A stretch of DNA of 57,923 nt, taken from NCBI GenBank assembly GCA_004377005.1, contig SOIV01000268.1, forward strand, positions 1-57,923, given 5' to 3'. The translations under genes were made by a program, and so were the position numbers. Below, piece after piece: positions 45,670-54,515 of this stretch. The first letter of the stretch is position 1. Each line of letters starts with the position of its first letter. Below the pieces are notes generated by a model. That model was not told where the DNA came from. It did not search any database and saw only the letters and a list, made by a program, of their open reading frames with translations. The DNA is from Candidatus Aminicenantes bacterium. Its GTDB lineage: Bacteria > Acidobacteriota > Aminicenantia > Aminicenantales > Aminicenantaceae.

Positions 45670-46989
45670 ATGACTGTACGAAAATTTTATTTAAAACTTG
45701 TGGCCTCAATGGGCTTATGGGCTCTCGCTCTATCCCCGATTTTCTCTAGCCAGACACCTCCCCTCTCAAGAAATCTACCCGAGGAAGAATTTTTATCAAA
45801 CGGCCTCAAGCTGATTTATCAAAAAGACACATCCTCTGCTATCACTGTCTTCCAAATCCTCATCAAGGGAGGGAAAGCAGTTGAACCCGAAGATAAAAGT
45901 GGGTTGGCCTACCTCACTACTCGGTTGGCTTTAGAAATTCCGGATCGAAAAAAAGCCCAAGACCTGATGAACCAGGCCTCACATGTTTCCATGACTTCTA
46001 GAGGTGATTATTCTCTCATTAATATAACCTGTTTATCAGAACACATTGAAGAAACCTTAAAAGTTACCACAAAAATCATGTTGAAGCCTCTTTTTTCTGG
46101 CCTGAGGATAGAAAGAACTAAGAAAATGATAAATTACCAGAGAAACACACAAGAAGATGATCCTGCCAATGTGGCGCATAAGACCTACTTAGAAAGACTG
46201 TTCGCAAAAAAAGGTTACGGAAGTTCTGTTTTGGGTAGTGAAGAATCGCTGAAAGCTATAAAAAAGAAAGATGTCAAAAATTTCTATGATAGCTATTTCA
46301 AGACAAAGAACATGGTTGTGGCTGTTATCTCGGATTTAGAAAAGGCTCCTCTTATCGAAATCCTCGATGAATATTTTGCAAAGCTTCCTTCTGGCAAGCC
46401 GGCGGAATCAAAGCCGAACTCTGTGACAATCCCAGAAGAGAGACAAGTCTTCATAGAAAAAGATACCAAGCAATTCTTCATTTCTCTTGGTTTCCCTCTA
46501 CCTAAGATCACGCGTAAAAATTTTGCTCTCGCCTTTATTGTAGAAAACCTTCTTGGAAAAGGAGTCGGCTCAAGACTTTGGGACTTAAGATACATAGAGA
46601 AACTTGCCTACAATGTTAATGCACAAGCAACACTGATGAAAGATGGAGGGATGCTCGAGGCTTATCTCGAGACAGATAAAGAGAAAAAAGAGGTAGCCCT
46701 TGAGGCTTTAAAAAAGGTTCTGAGCAGGCTTTTCGAGAAAGGGATTACTGAAGAGGAACTTGAAGTCACAAAAATCAACGCAAAAGCCTCCTTCCTGAGA
46801 GAAAACGAAACAAAAATAATAAGGGCCGGGAATCTTGTCTCCTTTGAGGCTCTTGGTCTCGGCTACGAGTTTCTTAGCGGATTTTTCCTGGAAATAGATG
46901 CAATCGGCCTTGATGAAATTAACACCTACATCAAAGATATCCTCAACCCCGAAAAAGAAGTGGAAGTCGTCATCGGCCCCAAAGATTAA
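45670..46989 (+). CDS. M16-family peptidase homolog lacking the HxxEH zinc motif (non-catalytic partner type).
   Basis: Collinear M16 fold (GLAYLTTRLALE in place of HxxEH). Adjacent to the active paralog. Confidence 0.78.
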   Translation: MTVRKFYLKLVASMGLWALALSPIFSSQTPPLSRNLPEEEFLSNGLKLIYQKDTSSAITVFQILIKGGKAVEPEDKSGLAYLTTRLALEIPDRKKAQDLMNQASHVSMTSRGDYSLINITCLSEHIEETLKVTTKIMLKPLFSGLRIERTKKMINYQRNTQEDDPANVAHKTYLERLFAKKGYGSSVLGSEESLKAIKKKDVKNFYDSYFKTKNMVVAVISDLEKAPLIEILDEYFAKLPSGKPAESKPNSVTIPEERQVFIEKDTKQFFISLGFPLPKITRKNFALAFIVENLLGKGVGSRLWDLRYIEKLAYNVNAQATLMKDGGMLEAYLETDKEKKEVALEALKKVLSRLFEKGITEEELEVTKINAKASFLRENETKIIRAGNLVSFEALGLGYEFLSGFFLEIDAIGLDEINTYIKDILNPEKEVEVVIGPKD

Positions 46990-46992
46990 ATT

Positions 46993-48381
46993 TTATTCGG
47001 CTGTAATTTCCTCCAATTCTCTTACTTTTTTTGGTATGGATTTCCCGAGGACTCTGCTTCCGTCTTCTGTAACCAGAACATTATCCTCTATTCGAATTCC
47101 TCCAAAATCTTTGTACTTCTCAACTCTTTCATAATCTATGAATTGGGTTAATTTCTTCTCTCTTTTCCACTTATCGATCAGGGCTGGGATAAAATATATT
47201 CCAGGCTCTACTGTCAATACATGACCTGGTTGAAGTTCCTTGGCAAACCTTAAATAGGCAAAGCCAAACTGATCACTCCTTTTAGTCTTATCATCATAGC
47301 CTACATAATCCTCTCCCAAATCCTCCATATCATGAACATCAAGGCCTATCAAGTGACCCAATCCATGGGGGAAGAACATGGCATGAACTCCTTCCCTCAC
47401 CGCATCTTCAATATCACCTTTTATCAGGCCCAGATCTTTCAATCCAGACGCAATAATTTTTGAAATTTTAAGGTGAATTTCTCTGAATTTTATCCCAGGT
47501 TTAATCGAATGAATGGCTGTTTCTTGAGAGTGGAGCACTATCTCGTATATTTCTTTTTGTTTTTCGTTAAATTTCCCGCCGACAGGGATTGTTCGGGTAA
47601 TATCGGAAGCATAGTGCATCTCAGACTCTGCGCCAGAATCGTTCACAAGAAGCCGGCCTTCTTTAAGGACGTTACCATGATAATGATTGTGCAGAATCTG
47701 GCCGTCAATTGTTAATATTGTCGGAAATGACAGTTGGCAACCATGAGAAAGCGCAATTCCCTCTATTTCTCCCACAATCTCTCTTTCATACACACCAGCC
47801 TTTGCCATCCTCATGGCAGTTGTATGCATTTCATATGATACGCTGTGAGCTTTTTCCATCTCATCAATTTCTTCATCTATCTTAACCGATCTCTGCGCCA
47901 CCACCTCTTTTATAAGCTCCTTAGAAATATTTTTCTGTATGACATCAGGGTCAAGATCCAGCAATTGAGCTAACTTCAATCTCGTCTCAGGTCTGTAAGG
48001 AGGAAGAAAATGAACCTTTTTTCCTTTCTGGATTGCCTTTTTTACTATCTCTTCAAGTTGATTGAGCGGGGCTGTCTCTTTAATACCTGCTCCCAGGGCT
48101 CTTACTAATAATAAAGGTTGAAAGCCCATCCAGATGATATCCTCAATTTCTACGTCGTTCCCAAAAACGACCTCCTTGTCTTCATCAATATCTATAACAG
48201 CCGCAAGAGCGGGAAAATCTAGACCAAAAAAATAGAGAAACGTGCTGTCCTGTCTGAAATGATATGGATTTCCTTGGTAATTCATGGGAGATTCTTCGTT
48301 TCCAAAAAAAAGAATCAACCCTGATTTGATTTTTTCTTTTAAACGACTCCTCCGTTGAACATAAATTCTTGCATCAAACAT
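46993..48381 (-). CDS. M24B Xaa-Pro aminopeptidase / prolidase.
   Basis: Creatinase-like N-terminal domain plus pita-bread domain with DSGAE...D, HGLGHLIGLDVHD, EPG and IEDNV metal ligands. Confidence 0.9.
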   Translation of the reverse strand: MFDARIYVQRRSRLKEKIKSGLILFFGNEESPMNYQGNPYHFRQDSTFLYFFGLDFPALAAVIDIDEDKEVVFGNDVEIEDIIWMGFQPLLLVRALGAGIKETAPLNQLEEIVKKAIQKGKKVHFLPPYRPETRLKLAQLLDLDPDVIQKNISKELIKEVVAQRSVKIDEEIDEMEKAHSVSYEMHTTAMRMAKAGVYEREIVGEIEGIALSHGCQLSFPTILTIDGQILHNHYHGNVLKEGRLLVNDSGAESEMHYASDITRTIPVGGKFNEKQKEIYEIVLHSQETAIHSIKPGIKFREIHLKISKIIASGLKDLGLIKGDIEDAVREGVHAMFFPHGLGHLIGLDVHDMEDLGEDYVGYDDKTKRSDQFGFAYLRFAKELQPGHVLTVEPGIYFIPALIDKWKREKKLTQFIDYERVEKYKDFGGIRIEDNVLVTEDGSRVLGKSIPKKVRELEEITAE

Positions 48382-48422
48382 TCCTCTTCTCCTTTTTTAT
48401 TTTGACCATTTTTTTATTAGTA

Positions 48423-48743
48423 TGGGCGCGATGAATCAAGCCTCTACATCCTACAATACATTTTTCCTTTTCGCATCTACTTCTTTTTTATTCGCGCATC
48501 CTATTCAAGGCCTGTTTGATGAATCAAATCCATACAAACAGTTATTTATATAGCAAAAAGGTGGGCTTGATGAATCAAGCCCCTACACAATATGAACCAA
48601 ACCCTTCAGAATATAAATCATGCACCTGCAATTTAATGTCGGTTTGATAAATTGAATCCATACAAACAGTTATTTATATAGCAAAAAGGTGGGCTTGATG
48701 AATCAAACCCCTACAGAATGTAAATCATGTATCAGCAATTTAG
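48423..48743. repeat. Cluster of REP-like hairpins (GGGCTTGATGAATCAAGCCC and degenerate variants) organised as two tandem ~100-125-bp units.
   Basis: Unit 1 is ~48514-48635 and unit 2 is ~48642-48743. They share atccatacaaacagttatttatatagcaaaaaggtgggcttgatgaatcaa. Hairpins lie at 48563-48582 (perfect) and 48690-48709 (1 mismatch). Degenerate copies lie near 48423, 48514 and 48641. Confidence 0.85.
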
Positions 48744-51103
48744 AATGATTTGTGTTCAGTGCGTTTGATGATTTCATCCTGAAGATCAACGGCAATATCA
48801 ACAAAATAATCACTGTAGCCTGCAACCCGCACAATAAGGTCTCTGTATTTCCCGGGGTTTTTCTGGGCGTCTCGGAGCATATCCGCACTGACAACATTAA
48901 GCTGTATATGATGGCCATCGAGCTTGAAGTACGACCTTATAAGATGAGCAAGCTTATCTATGCCATCTTCATCTGCCAGAAGATGCGGAGTGAATTTCTG
49001 GTTAAGAAGCGTCCCTCCTGTCCGCACATGGTCCATTTTTGAAGCAGATTTAATGACAGCGGTCGGACCTTTTCTATCTGCTCCCTGAACTGGAGAGATC
49101 CCCTCAGATAGAGGCTCTGAGGCCTTTCTCCCGTCCGGGGTGGCACCGACAACTTTCCCAAAATAAATATGAACCGTTGTTGGCAGAAGATTAATCTCGT
49201 AAAATCCCCCTTTTGTATTGGGCCGTCCTCTCACAGCACTATAATAGGCTTCAAAGATTGATCTCATTATCTCATCAGTATAATCATCGTCATTTCCGTA
49301 TTTTGGTGTTTTGTTTAAAAATCTCTGACGGAGAGGCTCATCCGCTTCAAAGTTATTTTCCAGCACCTTCAGGAGATCTTGCATGCTGACTTTTTTTTCA
49401 TCAAAGACATTGTATTTAACAGACGTCAATACATCGGTCAACGTGCCCAGGCCTACACCCATAATATAAGAAGTATTGTAACGTGCTCCTCCATCATGGT
49501 AATCCTTTCCTTTGGCTATACAATCATCTATGAGAAGAGAGAGAAAAGGAGATGGAAGATACTCGGCGTACAATCTCTCGATGACATCATTCCCTTTAAC
49601 CTTGATATCCACAAAATAGTTTAGCTGTTTTTTAAATGCCTCGAACAAATCTTCAAACGATTTAAATGAAGATGCATCGCCGGTCTTAAGGCCAATTTCT
49701 TTTCCTGTCCGGGGATCAACTCCGTTATTCAACGTAATCTCAAAAACTTTGGTCAAATTAAAATAACCTGTGAGGTTATAGTTTTCTTTTCCGAAAGCAC
49801 CTGTTTCGACACAACCGCTGGCTCCTCCGTTTCGCGCATCCTCAACGGATTTTCCCTGTCTTACAAGCTCCTGGACAATAGCATCCGTGTTGAAAACAGA
49901 AGGCTGGCCAAAGCCTGTCTTTATTATTTTCAGTGCCCTTTTCAAGAAAGCATCAGGAGTTTTTTTGCTTATCTGAACCATAGAACTTGGCTGTAAAATC
50001 CTCATCTCCTCGACTACATCGAGGATTAGATAAGAGAGTTCGTTGACTGCATCAGAACCATCTTGTTTTATCCCGCCTGTATTAATCAGAGCAAAATCAG
50101 TGTAAGTGGCACTTTCTTCTGCAGTTACTCCGACTTTTGGAGGTGCGGGCTGATTGTTGAATTTTATCCAGAATGCTTGTAATAACTCCGTGGCTTTCTC
50201 CCGGGTAAGAGTTCCCTCTTCCAGCCCTTTCTTATAGAAAGGATACAGATGCTGGTCGAGCCTTCCTGGATTAAAAGAATCCCAGGTATTAAGCTCTATA
50301 ATAACTCCAAGGTGCACAAACCAGTAATACTGTAAAGCTTCCCAGAAATCCCGGGGAGTGCGGGCTGGAACACGGGAGCAGTTTTCTGCGATTCTTTCTA
50401 ATCCCTTCCTTTTTTCCGGATTCTTTTCCTTTTTAGCCAGCTCTCTTGCCTTCTCAGCATGACGCTCTGCATACATAATCAGCGCATCAGTACAAATCTC
50501 CATCGCCTTCAGTTCTTCGTTTTTTTTAGCGGCTTCAGGATCATTCGAAGAATCAAGGTTTTCAATGCTCCTTTCTATGTCTTTTTTAAAGTCAATAAAA
50601 CCCTTCTTGTATATCTTATCGTCTAAAACAGTATGTCCGGGTGCTCTCTGCTCCATGAATTCAGTAAAGACTCCTGCTTCATAAGCAGCCTTCCATTCCT
50701 CCGGCATCTCGCCGAATATTTTGTCTCTTATAGCTTTGCCTTTCCAGAATGGGATGATTTCCTCTTCGTATAATTTCTTTGTTTCTGCATCGACTGCAAA
50801 AGATGTCTTCTTTCTCGTATTTAGTATTCTGAGGTCTTCAAGACTATGAGCTGTAATTTCTGGATAAGTTGGAGTTGCCCTTGGTGCAGGCCCCCGCTCT
50901 CCGACGATAAGCTCATTCTCGCTGATGCATACTACCTTGTTCTCAAGTAAATATTTGAAGGCTAACGCTCTCCGAACAGGAGAAGAAACCTTATCAGCCG
51001 CATCACTTTTATAAAACTCGGTGATGAGCTTTGCTCTCTCTGGAGTAACATAGGGCTTTATGCTCAAGCTCTGCTCTCTTAACTTTTTTATCCTCTCCTT
51101 CAC
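48740..51103 (-). CDS. Glycyl radical enzyme of the dehydratase/eliminase class. The motifs match what I recall of trans-4-hydroxy-L-proline dehydratase (HypD).
   Basis: C-terminal glycyl-radical motif IVRVAGYSDYF. Cys/Glu loop GASGCVETG. Blocks FTEFMEQRAPGHTV, WDSFNPGRLDQ, KFNNQPAPPKVG, TYTDFALINTGG, LPTTVHIYFG. GTG start with AGGAGG 7 nt upstream. Confidence 0.9.
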   Translation of the reverse strand: MKERIKKLREQSLSIKPYVTPERAKLITEFYKSDAADKVSSPVRRALAFKYLLENKVVCISENELIVGERGPAPRATPTYPEITAHSLEDLRILNTRKKTSFAVDAETKKLYEEEIIPFWKGKAIRDKIFGEMPEEWKAAYEAGVFTEFMEQRAPGHTVLDDKIYKKGFIDFKKDIERSIENLDSSNDPEAAKKNEELKAMEICTDALIMYAERHAEKARELAKKEKNPEKRKGLERIAENCSRVPARTPRDFWEALQYYWFVHLGVIIELNTWDSFNPGRLDQHLYPFYKKGLEEGTLTREKATELLQAFWIKFNNQPAPPKVGVTAEESATYTDFALINTGGIKQDGSDAVNELSYLILDVVEEMRILQPSSMVQISKKTPDAFLKRALKIIKTGFGQPSVFNTDAIVQELVRQGKSVEDARNGGASGCVETGAFGKENYNLTGYFNLTKVFEITLNNGVDPRTGKEIGLKTGDASSFKSFEDLFEAFKKQLNYFVDIKVKGNDVIERLYAEYLPSPFLSLLIDDCIAKGKDYHDGGARYNTSYIMGVGLGTLTDVLTSVKYNVFDEKKVSMQDLLKVLENNFEADEPLRQRFLNKTPKYGNDDDYTDEIMRSIFEAYYSAVRGRPNTKGGFYEINLLPTTVHIYFGKVVGATPDGRKASEPLSEGISPVQGADRKGPTAVIKSASKMDHVRTGGTLLNQKFTPHLLADEDGIDKLAHLIRSYFKLDGHHIQLNVVSADMLRDAQKNPGKYRDLIVRVAGYSDYFVDIAVDLQDEIIKRTEHKSF

Positions 51104-51106
51104 GCC

Positions 51107-52015
51107 CTAACCTCCTGTTTTTACGGAAAAACCAGAATCAGTAAAGATCTTTTTTATATCTTCAATCCTCTCATCCGACGGGGATTGAAATGTTATCGGA
51201 GATCCTTCCTTTCTTAATCTTTTGTATTTTTCACAGCCCCCTCTATGATACGACAAGAGGTTTATTTGTTTTATGCTCTTGAGGCTCTGAAGAAAGTCAA
51301 CAAACATGTGGATACTCTGGTTATCATCATTAATCCCTGATATGAGTGGAATACGAACAGCAACAGATTTCCCTAGTTCTGTAAGTTTCCTTAAGTTCTC
51401 GAGGATAAGCTTGTTTGAAACTCCAGTGTATTTCTCATGCTTTTCATCATCCATGATTTTAAGATCATATAAAAATAAATCTACCTTGTCGTATATTCTA
51501 CTCAAATCCTCAAAAGAAACATACCCTGAAGTATCCAGCGTAACATGAATATTTTTCTTTCCAATCTCTTTAAGTAAAGCTTCTAAAAAATCCACATGCA
51601 TCAGGGGTTCGCCGCCAGAAAATGTGATGCCTCCGCCTGATTCATCAAAGAATATCCTGTCTTTTTCTATCTCAGCCAAAAGTTCCTGAACCGTTACTTC
51701 CCTGCCAACAATTTCGAGAGCTTCATAGACACAAACCTCCTCGCACTTGGCACACAAATCACATTTGGCTTTATCTATCTCGATGGAATTCCCATCTTTT
51801 GAAATTGCATCCTGGGGACAAGCAGAAACACACTCGTTGCATTCTCTTGCACATCTTGATGAGCGCAGTATAATTTCAGGATTAGTTTCTTGACCTTCTG
51901 GGTTCTGGCACCACTGACACCGGAGAGAGCATCCCTTAAGGAAAATAGTAGTTCGAATTCCAGGACCGTCGTGGATAGCATAGCGCTTGATGTCAAAAAT
52001 TATGCCTTTAGCCAC
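51107..52015 (-). CDS. Glycyl-radical-enzyme activating enzyme (radical SAM, with a two-cluster ferredoxin-like insert).
   Basis: CSLRCQWCQNPE (CX3CX2C), plus CARECNECVSACP and CDLCAKCEEVC. Conserved GGITFSGGEP. Confidence 0.92.
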   Translation of the reverse strand: MAKGIIFDIKRYAIHDGPGIRTTIFLKGCSLRCQWCQNPEGQETNPEIILRSSRCARECNECVSACPQDAISKDGNSIEIDKAKCDLCAKCEEVCVYEALEIVGREVTVQELLAEIEKDRIFFDESGGGITFSGGEPLMHVDFLEALLKEIGKKNIHVTLDTSGYVSFEDLSRIYDKVDLFLYDLKIMDDEKHEKYTGVSNKLILENLRKLTELGKSVAVRIPLISGINDDNQSIHMFVDFLQSLKSIKQINLLSYHRGGCEKYKRLRKEGSPITFQSPSDERIEDIKKIFTDSGFSVKTGG

Positions 52016-52100
52016 TTACGGTATCCTCAATGATTATTTTACTAATTTTTCGTGAAGGAATCACCCACGAAGGATGAAAATGGATATTTGTTATTCTTCC

Positions 52101-53204
52101 CTATTTCAATGTCAGCACTGGTTTGCCGAGCTTTTTCTCGTCTACACTGATGCCGAGCCCTGGTCCGGAGGGAACTTCGAGCTTACCCTCTTTTCTCTTC
52201 GGCGCATCCTCTGCAAGATGGACATCATTGTAGCTGTTAAAGTCTGTGGATGTGAAATAGAATTCTGGTTGCGTGCTTCCAACAAGATGAGCAATTGCAG
52301 CAGTCGTAATATCCCCTCCCCAACTATCTTCAATAGTCATCGCAATTCCGAGTGACTCGCATAAATCTCTCATTTGTTTGGTTCTGGTCAAACCTCCGAG
52401 CCGAGAAATCTTAAGGTTTACAACATCCATGGCTCGCTGATTATAGGCGTTCATTAGGGAGTCAATTCCTTTGATCACTTCATCTAAGACCATTGGTAAA
52501 TTGGTGTGTTCACGAACGGCAAGGCACTCCTCGATAGTAGAGCATGGTTGTTCGATGTAAAGATCCTCTCCTTCTAAGGCGTTAACCACCCTAAGCGCTT
52601 TGTGCATCAGCCAGCCTGTATTTGCATCAGCCACAAGGATATCGCCTGGTTGAATCATTTTAAGGACGGCTTTGATGCGCTTGACATCCTTATCAGGATC
52701 ACCTCCGACCTTAAGCTGAAATCGTCGATATCCTTCCTCCCTGAAACGCGCCACATCATCGGCCATTTCCCTTGAAGAGCCTTGAGATATCGCCCTGTAA
52801 AGGGGAAAACTACTTACAAAACATCCACCCAACAGAGTACAAATAGGAAGTCCTGCTGCTTGACCGAGAATATCCCAGCAAGCTATGTCGAGAGGAGATT
52901 TGATGTAATTATGCCCGCTCAGTGCTGAATCCATAAGGTTATTTATAACATTGATCTGAAGAGGGTCCTGGCCAAGCAGGAGAGGGCCTATCTCCCCCAC
53001 CCCACTGGGCACTCCTCTCGCGTAGGCCTCCATGTAAGCGGAGCCCAGAGGACAAACTTCTGCAAATCCGCTTAGGCCTTCATCAGTAGATATTTTGATG
53101 ATTGTGCTAATAAAGGAAGTGACTGCATGGCCTCTGGACCAGGCATACTTTTGGTCTATAAGTTTATAGTTAACCTGGTAAACATCAATCTGGGCGATTT
53201 TCAT
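52101..53204 (-). CDS. Enolase-superfamily enzyme, muconate-lactonizing-enzyme subgroup (racemase/epimerase/dehydratase). Substrate unknown.
   Basis: KxK motif FQLKVGG. Metal ligands in VADAN, YIEQP and VLDEV. Second catalytic Lys in VNLKISRLGG. 367 aa. Confidence 0.88.
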   Translation of the reverse strand: MKIAQIDVYQVNYKLIDQKYAWSRGHAVTSFISTIIKISTDEGLSGFAEVCPLGSAYMEAYARGVPSGVGEIGPLLLGQDPLQINVINNLMDSALSGHNYIKSPLDIACWDILGQAAGLPICTLLGGCFVSSFPLYRAISQGSSREMADDVARFREEGYRRFQLKVGGDPDKDVKRIKAVLKMIQPGDILVADANTGWLMHKALRVVNALEGEDLYIEQPCSTIEECLAVREHTNLPMVLDEVIKGIDSLMNAYNQRAMDVVNLKISRLGGLTRTKQMRDLCESLGIAMTIEDSWGGDITTAAIAHLVGSTQPEFYFTSTDFNSYNDVHLAEDAPKRKEGKLEVPSGPGLGISVDEKKLGKPVLTLK

Positions 53205-53272
53205 TTAAAGCCTCCTAGGGGATGTTCCCCGAAGTACACGGCTTTTCAAGATGGAACTCTTTTAATTTTAAG

Positions 53273-53403
53273 ATCTATTAATTTCTATATCATGGATGAA
53301 TAGGTATGACACCTTGGGGAACTTCCTCCCTTTCTCTTATAACTTCAAATCTATTAATTACCGTATCATGAAAGAACAGGCATGGCACTTTGAGGAACAT
53401 TCC
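53273..53403. repeat. Two tandem ~55-nt related units (period ~76 nt) upstream of the enolase-family gene.
   Basis: atctattaatttctatatcatggatgaataggtatgacaccttggggaacttcc (53273-53326) versus atctattaattaccgtatcatgaaagaacaggcatggcactttgaggaacattcc (53349-53403). Confidence 0.7.
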
Positions 53404-53432
53404 CAGTAGTATGGTTAACCGGTTTGTTCCTG

Positions 53433-53564
53433 CATAAGCTAAATGGGGCCTGGCACCATTATTTATTTATTGGGGCCTGGCACCATTATTATGGCACCAT
53501 TATTAAAATGGGGCCTGGCACCATTATTTTATACATAAGCTAAATGGGGCCTGTCCCCATTATG
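53433..53564. repeat. Short tandem motif cluster: GGGGCCTGGCACCATTATT three times, a truncated copy, and a variant GGGGCCTGTCCCCATTATG. CATAAGCTAAATGGGG flanks it twice.
   Basis: Copies at 53445-53463, 53472-53490 and 53510-53528. Truncated copy at 53491-53504. Variant at 53546-53564. Confidence 0.8.
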
Positions 53565-53572
53565 CTTCTCCA

Positions 53573-54499
53573 TTATAATTTTGCGAGTTTGTTCAGCTCT
53601 TCCCAATCTTCATCGACCTGCTTTTGGTATTCTTCTAAAACCCAAGCGTTTTCTTCTTTAAAAAGATGGCGGAATCTCCCCTGGGGTTTAATCCATTCCA
53701 AAACCGGCTTCTTCTCTTTAGGTATATAATTGATCTTGTACTTTCCGTTTTCAACTTCATACAGCGGCCAGACACAGGTATCGAGCGCAGTCTGAGCCAG
53801 CCGAATTCCCTGAGATTCATCATATTTCCATTCGGTCGGACAGAAACAAAGGACATTCAAAAACGCAGGCCCTTCTGTTTCAAAAGCTTTTTGTGCCTTT
53901 TTGTAAAGGTCCTGCCACCTGTTTGGACTGGCCTGGGCAACATAAGGAATGTTATGGGCAACCAAAATCTTTGTCAGATCCTTCTTGCGCTGTAATTTTC
54001 CAGGACTCTGCGTCCCTTCGGGAGAAGTCGTAGCTGAGGCCCCCAAGGGAGTTGCCGAAGATCTTTGTCCTCCGGTGTTGGCATAAGCATTGTTGTCATA
54101 ACAGACATAAACAATATCGTGTCCTCTTTCCATAGCTCCCGACAGTGCCTGGAGTCCTATATCATAGGTTCCGCCATCACCTCCAACACCTAAGAATTTT
54201 ATCTTCTTATCCTCGGGAATCCTCCCCTTGTTTTTCAAAGCCTTGTACATGGATTCGACTCCCGCAATTGTCGAAGCTGCATTCTCAAAAGCACTGTGAA
54301 TCCAGGTCACATTCCATGAAGTTCGGGGGAAAATGGTTGTACAGACCTCAAGGCAACCCGTGGCGTTAGCAATGATAAGAGGGTCTTCAGTGGCCCTTAA
54401 AACGATTCTAAAAATAAGGGGAATGCCACAGCCTAAACACATTCCATGACCTGCGACCAATCTATCTTCCATAGCGGCTAAATCTTTTAACTTTGCCAT
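53573..54499 (-). CDS. 2-oxoacid:ferredoxin oxidoreductase beta subunit (TPP-binding), POR/VOR type.
   Basis: GHGMCLGCG..., GGDGGTYDIG TPP motif. Last gene of a gamma-delta-alpha-beta string. Confidence 0.9.
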   Translation of the reverse strand: MAKLKDLAAMEDRLVAGHGMCLGCGIPLIFRIVLRATEDPLIIANATGCLEVCTTIFPRTSWNVTWIHSAFENAASTIAGVESMYKALKNKGRIPEDKKIKFLGVGGDGGTYDIGLQALSGAMERGHDIVYVCYDNNAYANTGGQRSSATPLGASATTSPEGTQSPGKLQRKKDLTKILVAHNIPYVAQASPNRWQDLYKKAQKAFETEGPAFLNVLCFCPTEWKYDESQGIRLAQTALDTCVWPLYEVENGKYKINYIPKEKKPVLEWIKPQGRFRHLFKEENAWVLEEYQKQVDEDWEELNKLAKL

Positions 54500-54515
54500 T
54501 TATTTCTCCTTTTCT

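Noticed and set aside
53445-53528. TGGCAC within each GGGGCCTGGCACCATTATT repeat looked like sigma-54 -24 elements, given a sigma-54 activator at 41651-43111.
   Set aside because: The position 10 nt after the GG is TA, not the obligatory GC of the -12 element (TGGCAC-N5-TTGC). The motifs also point toward the 3' end of the upstream operon rather than into any gene.
53433-53564. Possible miniature CRISPR array.
   Set aside because: The repeats are only ~19 nt, with irregular 8-19-nt gaps that are themselves repeat fragments. There are no cas genes in the window.
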